IMG/VR virus record: IMGVR_UViG_3300044981_000350
Span: 1 to 64,000 of that record
Direction: 5' to 3' (one strand)
DNA from: a virus
Length of the DNA: 64,000 bases
Translations under genes and position numbers: made by a program
In this document: positions 18,296 to 27,518 of the stretch, one piece after another
Position numbering within the stretch: position 1 is the first letter of the stretch
Layout: the number at the start of each line of letters is the position of its first letter
Notes under the pieces: model-generated
Told to the model about the DNA's origin: nothing
The model's input: only the letters and a program-made list of their open reading frames with translations
Databases searched by the model: none

Positions 18296-20902
18296 GTGAC
18301 GCCGGAACCATCGAGTAGGCGCTTGGCCGTTTACGATCCGGTTGCGTACGGCGCCGAGTGTCACCGCTGCGTTTTGAAGGACGCAACGCCGGTGCCACCC
18401 ACGCCCGCGGCGAACGGCAAGCCACGCCTCATCATCGTGGGCGAAGGTCCCGGCAGCGTTGAAGTAAACCGCGGTGAGTGCTTCATCGGCCCAAGTGGCA
18501 GGATGCTCAACGGGGTCTTGCGCCAGGTCGGGTTCGATCGAAGTGAAGCGCACATCACCAACGCGACCCTTTGCAAACCGGAACGTGACTCGGATGTGAA
18601 AGAGGCGATCCCCTGCTGCGCGCCCCGGCTCGCGCGGGAGTTATCCCAATTGGATCCCGCGGTGCCGATCCTGGCCCTCGGAGCCCCGGCTACGCGGGTG
18701 ACGTTGGGCAAAGCCGGGATCATGAAGGCCCGCGGGTTCGTTTGGCACTCACCCGAGATCCGGGAGACCGCGTTGAGGGCCGTCGACCGCCGGATCGAAA
18801 AGGCAAAGGCTGTGTTGGAGACAGCCACGAAGAAGACCAAGGCCAAGCTCGAGGTCAGTTTGGGCAAGGCCCTCGACTCGGCCGCCTTACTCCACGCCCG
18901 CGCTCTGTTGGCCGGACGCGTGGTTATTCCAAGCATCCACCCGGCGTTTGTTCTCCGCGGTGCGGACGGCCACTTGCCGCTGTTGCGTATCGACATCGAC
19001 CGTGCGGTGCGTTGGGCGCGCAAGCCGTTCCCGCTGGTCGACAAGGGGCCCTACCAAGTCGTCACGACGGTGAAGGCAGCCAAGGCTGCGCTGGCGTCGT
19101 TCAGTAAAACCGTCGTGGTCGACATCGAAACCGATGGGGTCGACCCGACCACGGCGGAGATGACCTGCGTAGGCATCTGCGACGTCGGCAACGTAAAAAA
19201 AGCGTTGCTTCTCGACCCGTGGAAGAAGGCTTTCGTTCCGGTCGTGCGTGACTTCTTGAAGAGCCGTACCGTCGTGACGCAGAACGGCCCCCAGTTCGAT
19301 ACCATCGTGCTCCGCCGCTACGGGATCCACTTCGGCCAAAACGAAGACACGCTCGTAGCCCACCACGCCTTCGCTTCCCACCTCCCCAAGTCCCTCGCGC
19401 ACATGGGAAGCGTCTATACCGACTGCGGCCCATGGAAACAGAAGTTCAAAGACGGGGCTGAGAAGGGGATCGCTGGGTTCGGGGTCAAGAAGGAAGACCT
19501 CGCGGAGTATTGCGCCGCCGACGTTCGGATCACCGCGCTCGTGTGGAAACGTATGGCCCCCGACTTGGCCCCGGAGCGGCGGGTGTATGAGCTCGACATG
19601 AAGATGGCGGAGATGTACCGCCGCATGACCGAGCGGGGGATCCGCATCGACGAGGGTCGCCGACGCGAGCTCTCCCGAAAGATGAAGTTCCGCGCGGCCG
19701 CGTTGCTTGGTGAGATGCGGTCCCTCCTCAACCAACGCGAGTTTCATCCCCGGCGAGTCGCAGACATAAGGTATGCACTCTTTCAACAATTGAAGGCACC
19801 TACCTACCTTGCGCCGCCGACCCCTACGGGCCTCCCGGCGGCCAACGCGGCTGTTTTGGAGAAGCTCAAGGCCGGCACCAACGACGCGGCCACGCTGGCC
19901 GACTACATCATCCGGTGGCGTAGCGCGAACGACGTCCGGGCGGAGTACCTCGACAACGTCGTGGCCGGGGCCGACGGGCGCGTACACGCTGGGTGGGGTT
20001 TGGGGCCGGTCACTGGAAGGCCGCGCTGTAGGGGCCCGAATCTGCTGAACACTCCACGCATGGAGTACTGCCCCGGGTGCGGCTCGATGCTCGTCGACGG
20101 GATGACCCACAAAGAGACCTGCAAGCCAAAGAAACGGAGGGACCCGCAACCGGAGGCGCAGATCCGTGATGTGTACATCCCGGCCGAGGGCTGCGTGTTT
20201 GTTTACTTCGACCTCTCCCAAGCCGAGATGCGGTTCGCCGCGAACATCAGCGGCGATGCGGCCTTCATCGAATCGTGCAAAGGTGATGTGCACGCCGGCA
20301 ACGCGAAGATCATCTTCGGGGGTATCCCCGCGGCCGTCGAGGCCTTGGAGAAAGACCCGAAGGGTGCTGGCAAGAAGTTCCGCGACGTGGCGAAAAATTG
20401 CGGGTTCGCGATCAGCTACCTGGCCGAGGCCGAGAAGCTTTTCATGCACCTCATCGAACACGGCTTCGATGTCGACATGGCGGTGTGCTCGGACATCATC
20501 AGCCGCATACACTCGGCGTACTGGCGCTACTACGAGTTCGTGGAGGAAAATGTTCGCCTTTGCAAGAAGCAGGGCTTCCTCCGAACGCCGTTCTTGGGGC
20601 GTAAGAGGTGGTTGGGTTATTATCCTAAACCTACAGAATGCGCCAACGCGCCTATCCAATCAGGTGTTGCGGATATCATGGGGTGGCGTCTCCTCGACAT
20701 CGAGTCGCGGCTGCCCCCAAGCTGCCACCAGTTGATTTATGCGTACGATGCTGCGATTTACGAGGTGCCATCGGCGCGCATCAAGGAGGTAGAGGATTTG
20801 CTCGAGGAGGTTTGGGCCGAACCCGTCAAGTTGCCGGACGGCCGAACGTTCATGCAACCGATCGACCGAAAGGTTGGCGATCGGTGGAGCTACTTTGGCT
20901 AG
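18296..20902 (+). CDS. Family-4 uracil-DNA glycosylase fused to family A DNA polymerase
   Basis: CHRC, VGEGPG, FIGPSG, TNATLC, IHPAF (UDG); DIETDG, NGPQFD, YCAAD (3'-5' exonuclease); DLSQAEMR, RDVAKNCGFAISY, AYD (pol motifs A, B, C). Confidence 0.92.
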   Translation: MTPEPSSRRLAVYDPVAYGAECHRCVLKDATPVPPTPAANGKPRLIIVGEGPGSVEVNRGECFIGPSGRMLNGVLRQVGFDRSEAHITNATLCKPERDSDVKEAIPCCAPRLARELSQLDPAVPILALGAPATRVTLGKAGIMKARGFVWHSPEIRETALRAVDRRIEKAKAVLETATKKTKAKLEVSLGKALDSAALLHARALLAGRVVIPSIHPAFVLRGADGHLPLLRIDIDRAVRWARKPFPLVDKGPYQVVTTVKAAKAALASFSKTVVVDIETDGVDPTTAEMTCVGICDVGNVKKALLLDPWKKAFVPVVRDFLKSRTVVTQNGPQFDTIVLRRYGIHFGQNEDTLVAHHAFASHLPKSLAHMGSVYTDCGPWKQKFKDGAEKGIAGFGVKKEDLAEYCAADVRITALVWKRMAPDLAPERRVYELDMKMAEMYRRMTERGIRIDEGRRRELSRKMKFRAAALLGEMRSLLNQREFHPRRVADIRYALFQQLKAPTYLAPPTPTGLPAANAAVLEKLKAGTNDAATLADYIIRWRSANDVRAEYLDNVVAGADGRVHAGWGLGPVTGRPRCRGPNLLNTPRMEYCPGCGSMLVDGMTHKETCKPKKRRDPQPEAQIRDVYIPAEGCVFVYFDLSQAEMRFAANISGDAAFIESCKGDVHAGNAKIIFGGIPAAVEALEKDPKGAGKKFRDVAKNCGFAISYLAEAEKLFMHLIEHGFDVDMAVCSDIISRIHSAYWRYYEFVEENVRLCKKQGFLRTPFLGRKRWLGYYPKPTECANAPIQSGVADIMGWRLLDIESRLPPSCHQLIYAYDAAIYEVPSARIKEVEDLLEEVWAEPVKLPDGRTFMQPIDRKVGDRWSYFG

Positions 20903-20915
20903 GAGGACAAAATCG

Positions 20916-21440
20916 ATGATTATTACACTCTGTGGCAGTGCGCGTTTCGAGCCTTGGTTTCACGCTTGGAACGAGGCGCTTTCACTCTCGGGGCACGTCG
21001 TGTTCGGCCTCGCGTCGTACCCGTCACTTCATAGCGGCGAAAAGAATTGGTATACCCACGAGGAGAAACAGATCCTCGACGAGGTGCACCGCGGCAAGAT
21101 CGACGCTTCGCACGCGGTGCTTTTCCTCAACGTGATGGCCTACATGGGCGAGTCGACGTTGAACGAGTTCGGGTACGCCAAGGCGCAGAAGAAGCAGATC
21201 CTCTTTCTTGAGTCGTGGGGTGAAGGCTACGGCATCGGCGGAAACCATTACCAGCACATTCAGGATGCTTTCGTGCGCTTCGGGCTGAAGGGCGGATCTC
21301 CGATCGACACGAGCATCTACCCGGCGATGGGTCTTTGGGATCTGCTCCCGCCCGGCGGCGCACTGCGTAGTGGGATCGTTCATCGGATCGAAACGCGAGT
21401 GAATTTGGCGCTCGGGAGGCCGGCAAATGACATGCGATAA
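20916..21440 (+). CDS. Nucleoside 2-deoxyribosyltransferase-like protein
   Basis: IITLCGSARF...KIDASHAVLFLN...YMGESTLNEFGYAKAQKKQI; AGGAGG RBS. Confidence 0.6.
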   Translation: MIITLCGSARFEPWFHAWNEALSLSGHVVFGLASYPSLHSGEKNWYTHEEKQILDEVHRGKIDASHAVLFLNVMAYMGESTLNEFGYAKAQKKQILFLESWGEGYGIGGNHYQHIQDAFVRFGLKGGSPIDTSIYPAMGLWDLLPPGGALRSGIVHRIETRVNLALGRPANDMR

Positions 21441-21699
21441 GGTTCGAGAGATCATCACCGCCTATGCCGTGGAGCTTCGCAAGTGGCCCGGCGGCCCCGA
21501 GCGGATCATCGACAAACCACTCACCGAGGCTAACTGCCGAAACCATCTCCTCTACATGTGCGATGAGCTCCTTACCTGGGGCGACGAACGCAAGGAGAAG
21601 ATGATGCGGTGGCTCGGGTTCATCCAAGGGGTGCTCGCGATGGTTGAACGGACACCGGTCGAGGTTCTGAAGGAGACCAACAAGCCGATTGGCGCTTGA
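21427..21699 (+). CDS. Hypothetical phage protein
   Basis: HLLYMC...KMMRWLGFIQGVL. Confidence 0.6.
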   Translation: MTCDKVREIITAYAVELRKWPGGPERIIDKPLTEANCRNHLLYMCDELLTWGDERKEKMMRWLGFIQGVLAMVERTPVEVLKETNKPIGA

Positions 21700-21734
21700 C
21701 GAATCGACCGGGCTGGTCAATATAGGAGGCGACG

Positions 21735-22022
21735 ATGGCGAACGGCGGACGCAAACCCGACTTCAACCTCTCGGCGAAACCGCGCGATGGCCGGCCGGGC
21801 AACAAGGTCGGTGCGGGCTGGATCAACGATGATGGATCGATCTCGATCGCGCTCAACGTCGGCGTGACCCTCTCGTGGAACGACGATCTGTTCCTGGGGC
21901 TCTTCCCCGTCGAGGGTCGGGCAAATCGGCGTACGCCGGGGCCGGCGGTGACCCGAACTCAGGTCGCGGATGAAGGTGGGTTCGAGCCGGACATGGATCC
22001 GCCGTTCGGGGTGACCCGATGA
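21735..22022 (+). CDS. Hypothetical protein, possibly DUF736-like nucleic-acid binder
   Basis: KPDF...KVGAGW...SISIAL and acidic DPPF tail; AGGAGG RBS. Confidence 0.55.
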   Translation: MANGGRKPDFNLSAKPRDGRPGNKVGAGWINDDGSISIALNVGVTLSWNDDLFLGLFPVEGRANRRTPGPAVTRTQVADEGGFEPDMDPPFGVTR

Positions 22023-22258
22023 TGATCTTGATCTGTTACCTCGGTGGGTTCTTGGCGTCGTGGGCCGCTCTCTTCGCGTGCGATTGGTCGCAGCGCGAGG
22101 TCGGAGAGCGGATGCCGTGGAGCGATTTGGTTTTGAACACTCTCGCTACGGCGCTATGGCCGCTGTTGGCCCCTGGGGTGTTGATTGTCATCGCCGGGTA
22201 CGAAGCGGTATTGTGGTGGAGCCGCATGCGGCTACGTCGAGGAGCCGACCGTGGTTGA
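22019..22258 (+). CDS. Small membrane protein
   Basis: Two hydrophobic segments; ALWPLL. Confidence 0.55.
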   Translation: MMILICYLGGFLASWAALFACDWSQREVGERMPWSDLVLNTLATALWPLLAPGVLIVIAGYEAVLWWSRMRLRRGADRG

Positions 22259-23582
22259 CAAAAAGCTCACGGTCGACGATCTCTCGCCGGACCAGCGTGA
22301 GGTCTACGATGCGATGATCGGGTGGGCCGAGGGTAAAGGCAGCGTCGGTGTGCTCCTTCGCCGATGTCAAGAGGGCGGCGGGCTGTTTACAGTTGGAGGT
22401 TTGGCGGGAACGGGGAAGACAACCCTCCTCGGCGTGTTCGCCGCCACCACCGACCTCCTTTGTGCGTATGTAACCCTGACCGGCCGGGCCTCATCTATTT
22501 TGCGCCGCAAGCTTCGCGCGGCCGGTGCGGCCACCACCGATTGCATGCGGCCGGCCGAAAACTCCCGCGGTGGCGGCCCCGGGGTTGACCCCCATTTGCC
22601 TTACTCGAGCGGCCCCGCGTTCGTCGGAACCATCCACCGGCTTTGCTACCGCCCCATTCTCTCGCCCGAGGAGGAGGTGCTCGGCTGGACCAAACGGACA
22701 GCCCTGGATCGTAAGTATGATCTGATCATCATCGACGAAGCCTCGATGGTGGGCGGCGAGATGCTTCGCGACCTGCAAGCCTACGGTGTTCCGATCCTAG
22801 CGGTCGGCGACCACGGGCAGCTCCCGCCGGTGATGGATTCGGGCGAGTTGATGAAAAACCCCGAACTCCGGCTGGAGAAGATCCATCGGCAGGCGGAGGG
22901 CAATTTGATCATCAAACTCGCCCACGAAGTGCGTACCACGGGGCGGTTCTCGATGCCGCGGGTTGCGCCAGCCCCCCGCGATGTTCGGTTCGTGCAAAAA
23001 CGTGATGTGGTAGGGGTAGTGGCCGACGCCTTCACGGGAGGTTTCGATGGCGATGCGCCAAGCCCTCTGAATGTCGGTGTTCTTTGTTGGACTAATCGAA
23101 GTAGGGTCTCCCTCAATGCTATGGCGCGGAAGTCGCTCGGCATCTCCGGCCCGCCGCGTAAGGGTGAGCCGCTGATCTGCCTCAAAAACAAAAGCCCGGT
23201 GTTCAACGGGATGCGCGGCTTGCTCACCGAGGATTCCGCCGAGGGCTCGCCGCCGTGGATCTTGAACGCCACCCTTGAGTTTCCCGACGAAGGGTTGCCG
23301 CCGACGGCCTATCAGATGTGCGCACCGCAGTTCTGCCGCGAGACCGTCTTCAAGAGCGTCGAGGAGATGCGCGACCGCGGGATCAAAACGAACACGCTCA
23401 CTGGCGCGGGGATGTTCATGGATTTTGGCTGGGCGATGACGGTCCACAAAAGCCAAGGCTCGAGTTGGCCTCACGTAATCTTCTACGTGGATCGTCCGGT
23501 GAAACCCGATAGCGACGACTGGCGTAGGTTCGCCTACACTGCGATCACCCGCAGTGCGGAGCGGCTTACGATCGTCCTATGA
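22251..23582 (+). CDS. RecD/Dda-like SF1B helicase
   Basis: GLAGTGKTT, TIH, IIDEASM, GDHGQLPPV, IHRQ, AMTVHKSQGS, YTAITR. Confidence 0.92.
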   Translation: MVDKKLTVDDLSPDQREVYDAMIGWAEGKGSVGVLLRRCQEGGGLFTVGGLAGTGKTTLLGVFAATTDLLCAYVTLTGRASSILRRKLRAAGAATTDCMRPAENSRGGGPGVDPHLPYSSGPAFVGTIHRLCYRPILSPEEEVLGWTKRTALDRKYDLIIIDEASMVGGEMLRDLQAYGVPILAVGDHGQLPPVMDSGELMKNPELRLEKIHRQAEGNLIIKLAHEVRTTGRFSMPRVAPAPRDVRFVQKRDVVGVVADAFTGGFDGDAPSPLNVGVLCWTNRSRVSLNAMARKSLGISGPPRKGEPLICLKNKSPVFNGMRGLLTEDSAEGSPPWILNATLEFPDEGLPPTAYQMCAPQFCRETVFKSVEEMRDRGIKTNTLTGAGMFMDFGWAMTVHKSQGSSWPHVIFYVDRPVKPDSDDWRRFAYTAITRSAERLTIVL

Positions 23583-24091
23583 GGTGGTTACCGATTCGAG
23601 ACTATGAAGATCTCTACGAGATCGCCGAGAACGGTCGGGTACGGCGAGCTTCCGATAGTGCACGGGCGCCTACGGGGTTTGAGCAGCAACAAGCGCTGAA
23701 TAAGAAGGGTTACCCTACCGTCGGTCTGTCACGAGATGGGTTTTGCCGTTCGTTTACTACTCATCGGCTTGTAGCGATGATGTTCATCGGGCCAAAACCG
23801 AAGGGCACACAAGTCAACCACATCGACGGCGTCAAAACGAACAACCACTGGCGTAACCTAGAGTACGTGACGTGTAAGCAGAATATCCGTCATGCGGTAG
23901 ACAACGGGTTGCGGGGTAACTTCAAAGGAACAGCAAACGGGTGCGCGAAGATCACGGAGGAGGACATCCCGGTGATTCGGGCGGCCTGCGCTTCGGGTGA
24001 GTCTCAATCTTCGGTGGGTCGACGCTACGGGTTGACCCAGGCGAACGTAAGTATGATCGTCCTTCGACGGACGTGGAGCCATGTATTATGA
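23579..24091 (+). CDS. NUMOD4-HNH homing endonuclease
   Basis: WLPIRDYEDLYEI, HRLVA..F, VNHIDGVKTNN...NLEY....N. Confidence 0.9.
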   Translation: MRWLPIRDYEDLYEIAENGRVRRASDSARAPTGFEQQQALNKKGYPTVGLSRDGFCRSFTTHRLVAMMFIGPKPKGTQVNHIDGVKTNNHWRNLEYVTCKQNIRHAVDNGLRGNFKGTANGCAKITEEDIPVIRAACASGESQSSVGRRYGLTQANVSMIVLRRTWSHVL

Positions 24092-24579
24092 GCGCGATGC
24101 CAAAGCAGAGACCCGGCCTCTCGAAGCAGGACTACGCTACGCCGCCCGAGTTCATCGCCGCAGTGAAGAAGCGGTTCGGGATTCGCGAATTCGCGTACGA
24201 CTTGGCGGCCTCGAAGGAAAACACCAAGGCACGTCATTTCTTTTGCAAAGAGCAGGACACGCTCAAGCAAGACTGGACAAAGCTGAAGGGCGATCTTTGG
24301 CTCAACCCCGAGTACGCGCACATCGCGCCCTACGCGGAGAAGTGCGCGGCGTCGGCACCGCCTGGCGTAGGTCACATACGGCGGATCTTTTTTCTAGTGC
24401 CCGCCGGCGTCGGTGCGAACTGGTTCGCGCAGCACGTCGACGGCAAGGCGCTGGTGCTTCTCCTCAACGGGCGGATCTCGTTCGACGGTAAGGCACCTTA
24501 TCCAAAGGATTGTATCCTGGCCGTGTTTGGCCCAAAGCCCGGCTACGAAGTGTGGTCGTGGGCGAAAGGATCAAAATGA
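24088..24579 (+). CDS. Phage DNA N6-adenine methyltransferase (Dam-like family)
   Basis: DYATPP, YDLAAS..N, QDW, WLNPEY (NPPY variant), LVPA, GRISF. Confidence 0.8.
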   Translation: MSAMPKQRPGLSKQDYATPPEFIAAVKKRFGIREFAYDLAASKENTKARHFFCKEQDTLKQDWTKLKGDLWLNPEYAHIAPYAEKCAASAPPGVGHIRRIFFLVPAGVGANWFAQHVDGKALVLLLNGRISFDGKAPYPKDCILAVFGPKPGYEVWSWAKGSK

Positions 24580-24803
24580 ACCCGTTCGGAAACATGGGCT
24601 GCCTCGACGCCGCACCGGCACCCTTTCACTCGCGGCTCAATTTCCGGTGCTGCTACTGCGGCGCCACCGGTTCTCGCAATGAGAGCTACCATGCGCAACC
24701 CGGGTGCGTTCCGGGCTTTTTCGACAAGTGCCCGACGTGCCATTCGATCGACGTTGAAGTGGTCGATCCGGCGATTTATGGCGGTGCGGAGGAACCCTCG
24801 TGA
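24576..24803 (+). CDS. Small Zn-ribbon protein
   Basis: CCYCG...CPTCHS. Confidence 0.55.
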   Translation: MNPFGNMGCLDAAPAPFHSRLNFRCCYCGATGSRNESYHAQPGCVPGFFDKCPTCHSIDVEVVDPAIYGGAEEPS

Positions 24804-25435
24804 ACGATCCGTTCCCTTGCGAAACGAAGGTCGAAGGCGTTCAATGCGCCGGTCATGCGACCCACGTCTACCGCTCGGCCAGTGCGACGCGGCTCATCTG
24901 CGATGAGTGCGCGACGGCCTACCGCCTAGCGGCAAAGGGACCCCGCAAGCTCGCGGTGGTCGAATTCAGCTTGCTGGAGTTGATCCCGGCCCGGGAATAT
25001 CTTCTGGGCCAGGTCGAGACCATGCGGATGGCGCGGGATTCGGCGGAAGATGTAGCTCGGAAGGCGAAGCAAACCGCAAGCGATGCGACCGCACTGGCGC
25101 GAGGATTCGAATCAGGAAGGGAAAAAGCCATGACCGAAGCCCAAGAAGCGTGGGCCAACATCGACAAGATGCATCAGAGCCTCGCTCGCGCCGTGGCCCT
25201 CTCGAGGGTTCATCGAAACGCCGAGGACATGACGAACCGATGGGTGCTTTGGGGCGATGCCATGACGATCGCGCTCGCGGTCACGGCGCAGATCATCTGG
25301 GGTGGGTACGTCGGCCCTCTCGTGTTCGGCGGCGGCGCCTTTCTGGTCTACGGGGTGGTTCGGTTTGTAGTCATCCGGGCGTACACGCGGCCGGCGCTCG
25401 CGAAGTTGAACGCGAGCGCGGAGGATTTGCAATGA
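24800..25435 (+). CDS. Zn-finger, coiled-coil and two-TM protein
   Basis: N-terminal Cys motifs; C-terminal hydrophobic helices. Confidence 0.6.
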   Translation: MNDPFPCETKVEGVQCAGHATHVYRSASATRLICDECATAYRLAAKGPRKLAVVEFSLLELIPAREYLLGQVETMRMARDSAEDVARKAKQTASDATALARGFESGREKAMTEAQEAWANIDKMHQSLARAVALSRVHRNAEDMTNRWVLWGDAMTIALAVTAQIIWGGYVGPLVFGGGAFLVYGVVRFVVIRAYTRPALAKLNASAEDLQ

Positions 25436-25842
25436 GTTCGATTTGGGTTTGTGATTGGCCCGACGGCGGCAAGCAATGCGGCGAGCGTGCCGAATGGTTT
25501 CTCGATCAGGGGTCAACCCACCGACCGGTTTGCGGGCGGTGTCTCAATTTGGTGCCGCAGCCGTGCGACCACCGCGCCATCATTGCGATCGACCCGACGA
25601 AGGTGCCGGGGCCGACGTTCGTGGCGCCGCCGGATCCGTGGGCGGGCCCGCAGACGGTTCATACCTCGGGCGCGGCGTTCATTTCGGATCGGCCCGCAAA
25701 CCCGCCTGGGCCGCCGCCGGGATTCGGGGCGATGCCGCCGGCGCAACCGAGTCGACCGCCGTTGAAGGACGCCTTCGCGGATTTGGCGTCGGCGCTTTTT
25801 TCGTTGGGCCTTGAGAAGGTGAAGGAGTGGAAGAGTCGATGA
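25432..25842 (+). CDS. Zn-finger Pro-rich hypothetical protein
   Basis: VCDW..QC...CGRC; ATGA overlaps. Confidence 0.55.
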   Translation: MSSIWVCDWPDGGKQCGERAEWFLDQGSTHRPVCGRCLNLVPQPCDHRAIIAIDPTKVPGPTFVAPPDPWAGPQTVHTSGAAFISDRPANPPGPPPGFGAMPPAQPSRPPLKDAFADLASALFSLGLEKVKEWKSR

Positions 25843-26162
25843 AGAGCCTCAACGAGTTACGCGATGAGGCCTTCCGCATCGCGACGGAGCATGGCTTCAC
25901 GGAGAATACAGTCGGCGAAGACATCGCCCTGATGCACTCTGAGCTCTCAGAGGCGCTCGAGGATTACCGCGCCGGCCGTCCCTTCGATAGGATGTGGCTC
26001 GACAACGGCAAGCCGTGCGGGATTCCCTCCGAGCTCGCCGATGTGGTCATCCGCGTTCTTCACTTCTGCGGGCGTCACGAAATCAACATCGAAGCGGCCG
26101 TCATCACGAAGATGGCCTACAACGAAACTCGGCCCTTCAAGCACGGGGGAAAGAAGATATGA
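25839..26162 (+). CDS. MazG-like nucleotide pyrophosphohydrolase
   Basis: LMHSELSEALE...ELADVVIR...KMAYNETR..KHGGK. Confidence 0.85.
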   Translation: MKSLNELRDEAFRIATEHGFTENTVGEDIALMHSELSEALEDYRAGRPFDRMWLDNGKPCGIPSELADVVIRVLHFCGRHEINIEAAVITKMAYNETRPFKHGGKKI

Positions 26163-26776
26163 ACATCATCGGCCTCTCGGGTTTGGCGGGCAGCGGCAAG
26201 GGCGAAGCCGCAGCGGTTCTCGTAGCTCGCTTTGGGTTCGTGAAGGTTTCTCTCGCTGATGAGATCAAGCGGATCTGCGCCCGCGTCTACGGGTGGGGCC
26301 CCGGCCGCCTCTGGGGCCCGTCTGAACAACGCAACCTCCCCGACCCTGACCTCGGCGGATTGACCGCCCGTCGCGCCCTCCAACAGCTCGGCACCGAGTG
26401 GGGCCGCGCGATGTACGAAAACACGTGGGTCAACCTTGCCCTCCGCGATGCGCGGCAGGTGCTCGCCGGGCTTGATTACCACCCCCAAGAGGGGGTGACA
26501 GGCATAAATTCAACAGTTGAAACCAAGGGGGTCGTGATTGATGACTGCCGCTTCGGAAATGAAGTAGTGCAGATCCATGCCATCGGCGGTCGCGTGTGGC
26601 GTATCGATCGCCCCGGCGCCGGCCTTACCGGCAGCGCCGGAGCCCACGCGAGTGAAACCGGTATCGCCGACCTCCACGTCGACGGTATCATCCGCAACGA
26701 CCGGTCGTTGGAGGATTTTCAAGAGACCGTCGAGCAGTTCGCCGAGATCGCCGGCTTCAAGATGGTGCCTCGATGA
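26159..26776 (+). CDS. Deoxynucleoside monophosphate kinase
   Basis: IIGLSGLAGSGK, LADEIK, RRALQQLGTEWGR, VIDDCRFGNE, HASE. Confidence 0.9.
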   Translation: MNIIGLSGLAGSGKGEAAAVLVARFGFVKVSLADEIKRICARVYGWGPGRLWGPSEQRNLPDPDLGGLTARRALQQLGTEWGRAMYENTWVNLALRDARQVLAGLDYHPQEGVTGINSTVETKGVVIDDCRFGNEVVQIHAIGGRVWRIDRPGAGLTGSAGAHASETGIADLHVDGIIRNDRSLEDFQETVEQFAEIAGFKMVPR

Positions 26777-26994
26777 GTACAAAGATCGGGGTGGTGGGGG
26801 CCGAAGGTCGGTTCGAAGTAGAAATTTGGGCGTCACGGGGTGGCGTCGAGATGCACGAGGGCCGGGCTGCTCCCTTAGTTTTAGGGGCCCTCATTGGACG
26901 CCGTTGTTGGGATCTTGCTGAAGCGAGGGCCTTTGCAGCGATGATTATCGCGGCTACCGAAGAGGTCGAACGGATGCGAAAGGCAGATCGATGA
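26773..26994 (+). CDS. Hypothetical protein
   Basis: ATGA-coupled ORF. Confidence 0.5.
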   Translation: MSTKIGVVGAEGRFEVEIWASRGGVEMHEGRAAPLVLGALIGRRCWDLAEARAFAAMIIAATEEVERMRKADR

Positions 26995-27263
26995 GGCATC
27001 CCCTCCTCAAAGCCGCCGAGGCCGCGCTTCGCAAAGATCCCGGCGAGGCCAACGGCCGCATGGCCGGCGCCCACGACGAGAAGGCTGCGGTGCTTCGTTT
27101 CATCCGTTCCTCATCCGCCCACTGGAACCGTGAGGCCAACAAGTTCCGCGGCGCGCGCGTTCACGCTCTCGCCATTGACGCCGAGGCTCGGGCCGCCATC
27201 CTTGACCAGGTAGCGGTCGATATCGAGTACGGGCAACATCGGCGCACGAGTGAGGGCTCATGA
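26991..27263 (+). CDS. Hypothetical protein
   Basis: ATGA-coupled ORF. Confidence 0.5.
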   Translation: MRHPLLKAAEAALRKDPGEANGRMAGAHDEKAAVLRFIRSSSAHWNREANKFRGARVHALAIDAEARAAILDQVAVDIEYGQHRRTSEGS

Positions 27264-27448
27264 GCTCCGCACGCAAGGAGGCCCGCATGGAAGTGCTCGA
27301 GGCGGTTCGGCCGTTGATCGATCGGATCAGCGCCTGCCTCGTCGGGCACAACGTCGGCGTTGCGGCCTACGCCCTCATCAATTTGGCGGTCACGTGCTGG
27401 CGCAAGACGGGCCTCCCCGGACGAGGGCCTTCATGGGGTGGTGGATGA
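27260..27448 (+). CDS. Hypothetical protein
   Basis: ATGA-coupled ORF. Confidence 0.45.
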   Translation: MSSARKEARMEVLEAVRPLIDRISACLVGHNVGVAAYALINLAVTCWRKTGLPGRGPSWGGG

Positions 27449-27518
27449 AGTCCTACAAGCCGCCAATGCGGTAGCTGCTGAGAACGCCGGGCGGAAGAAC
27501 TGAGGGTATACTGAGGCC

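Noticed and set aside
17582-26162. 2-aminoadenine (Z) genome system
   Set aside because: HD and MazG genes are present but no PurZ-like gene is in the window.
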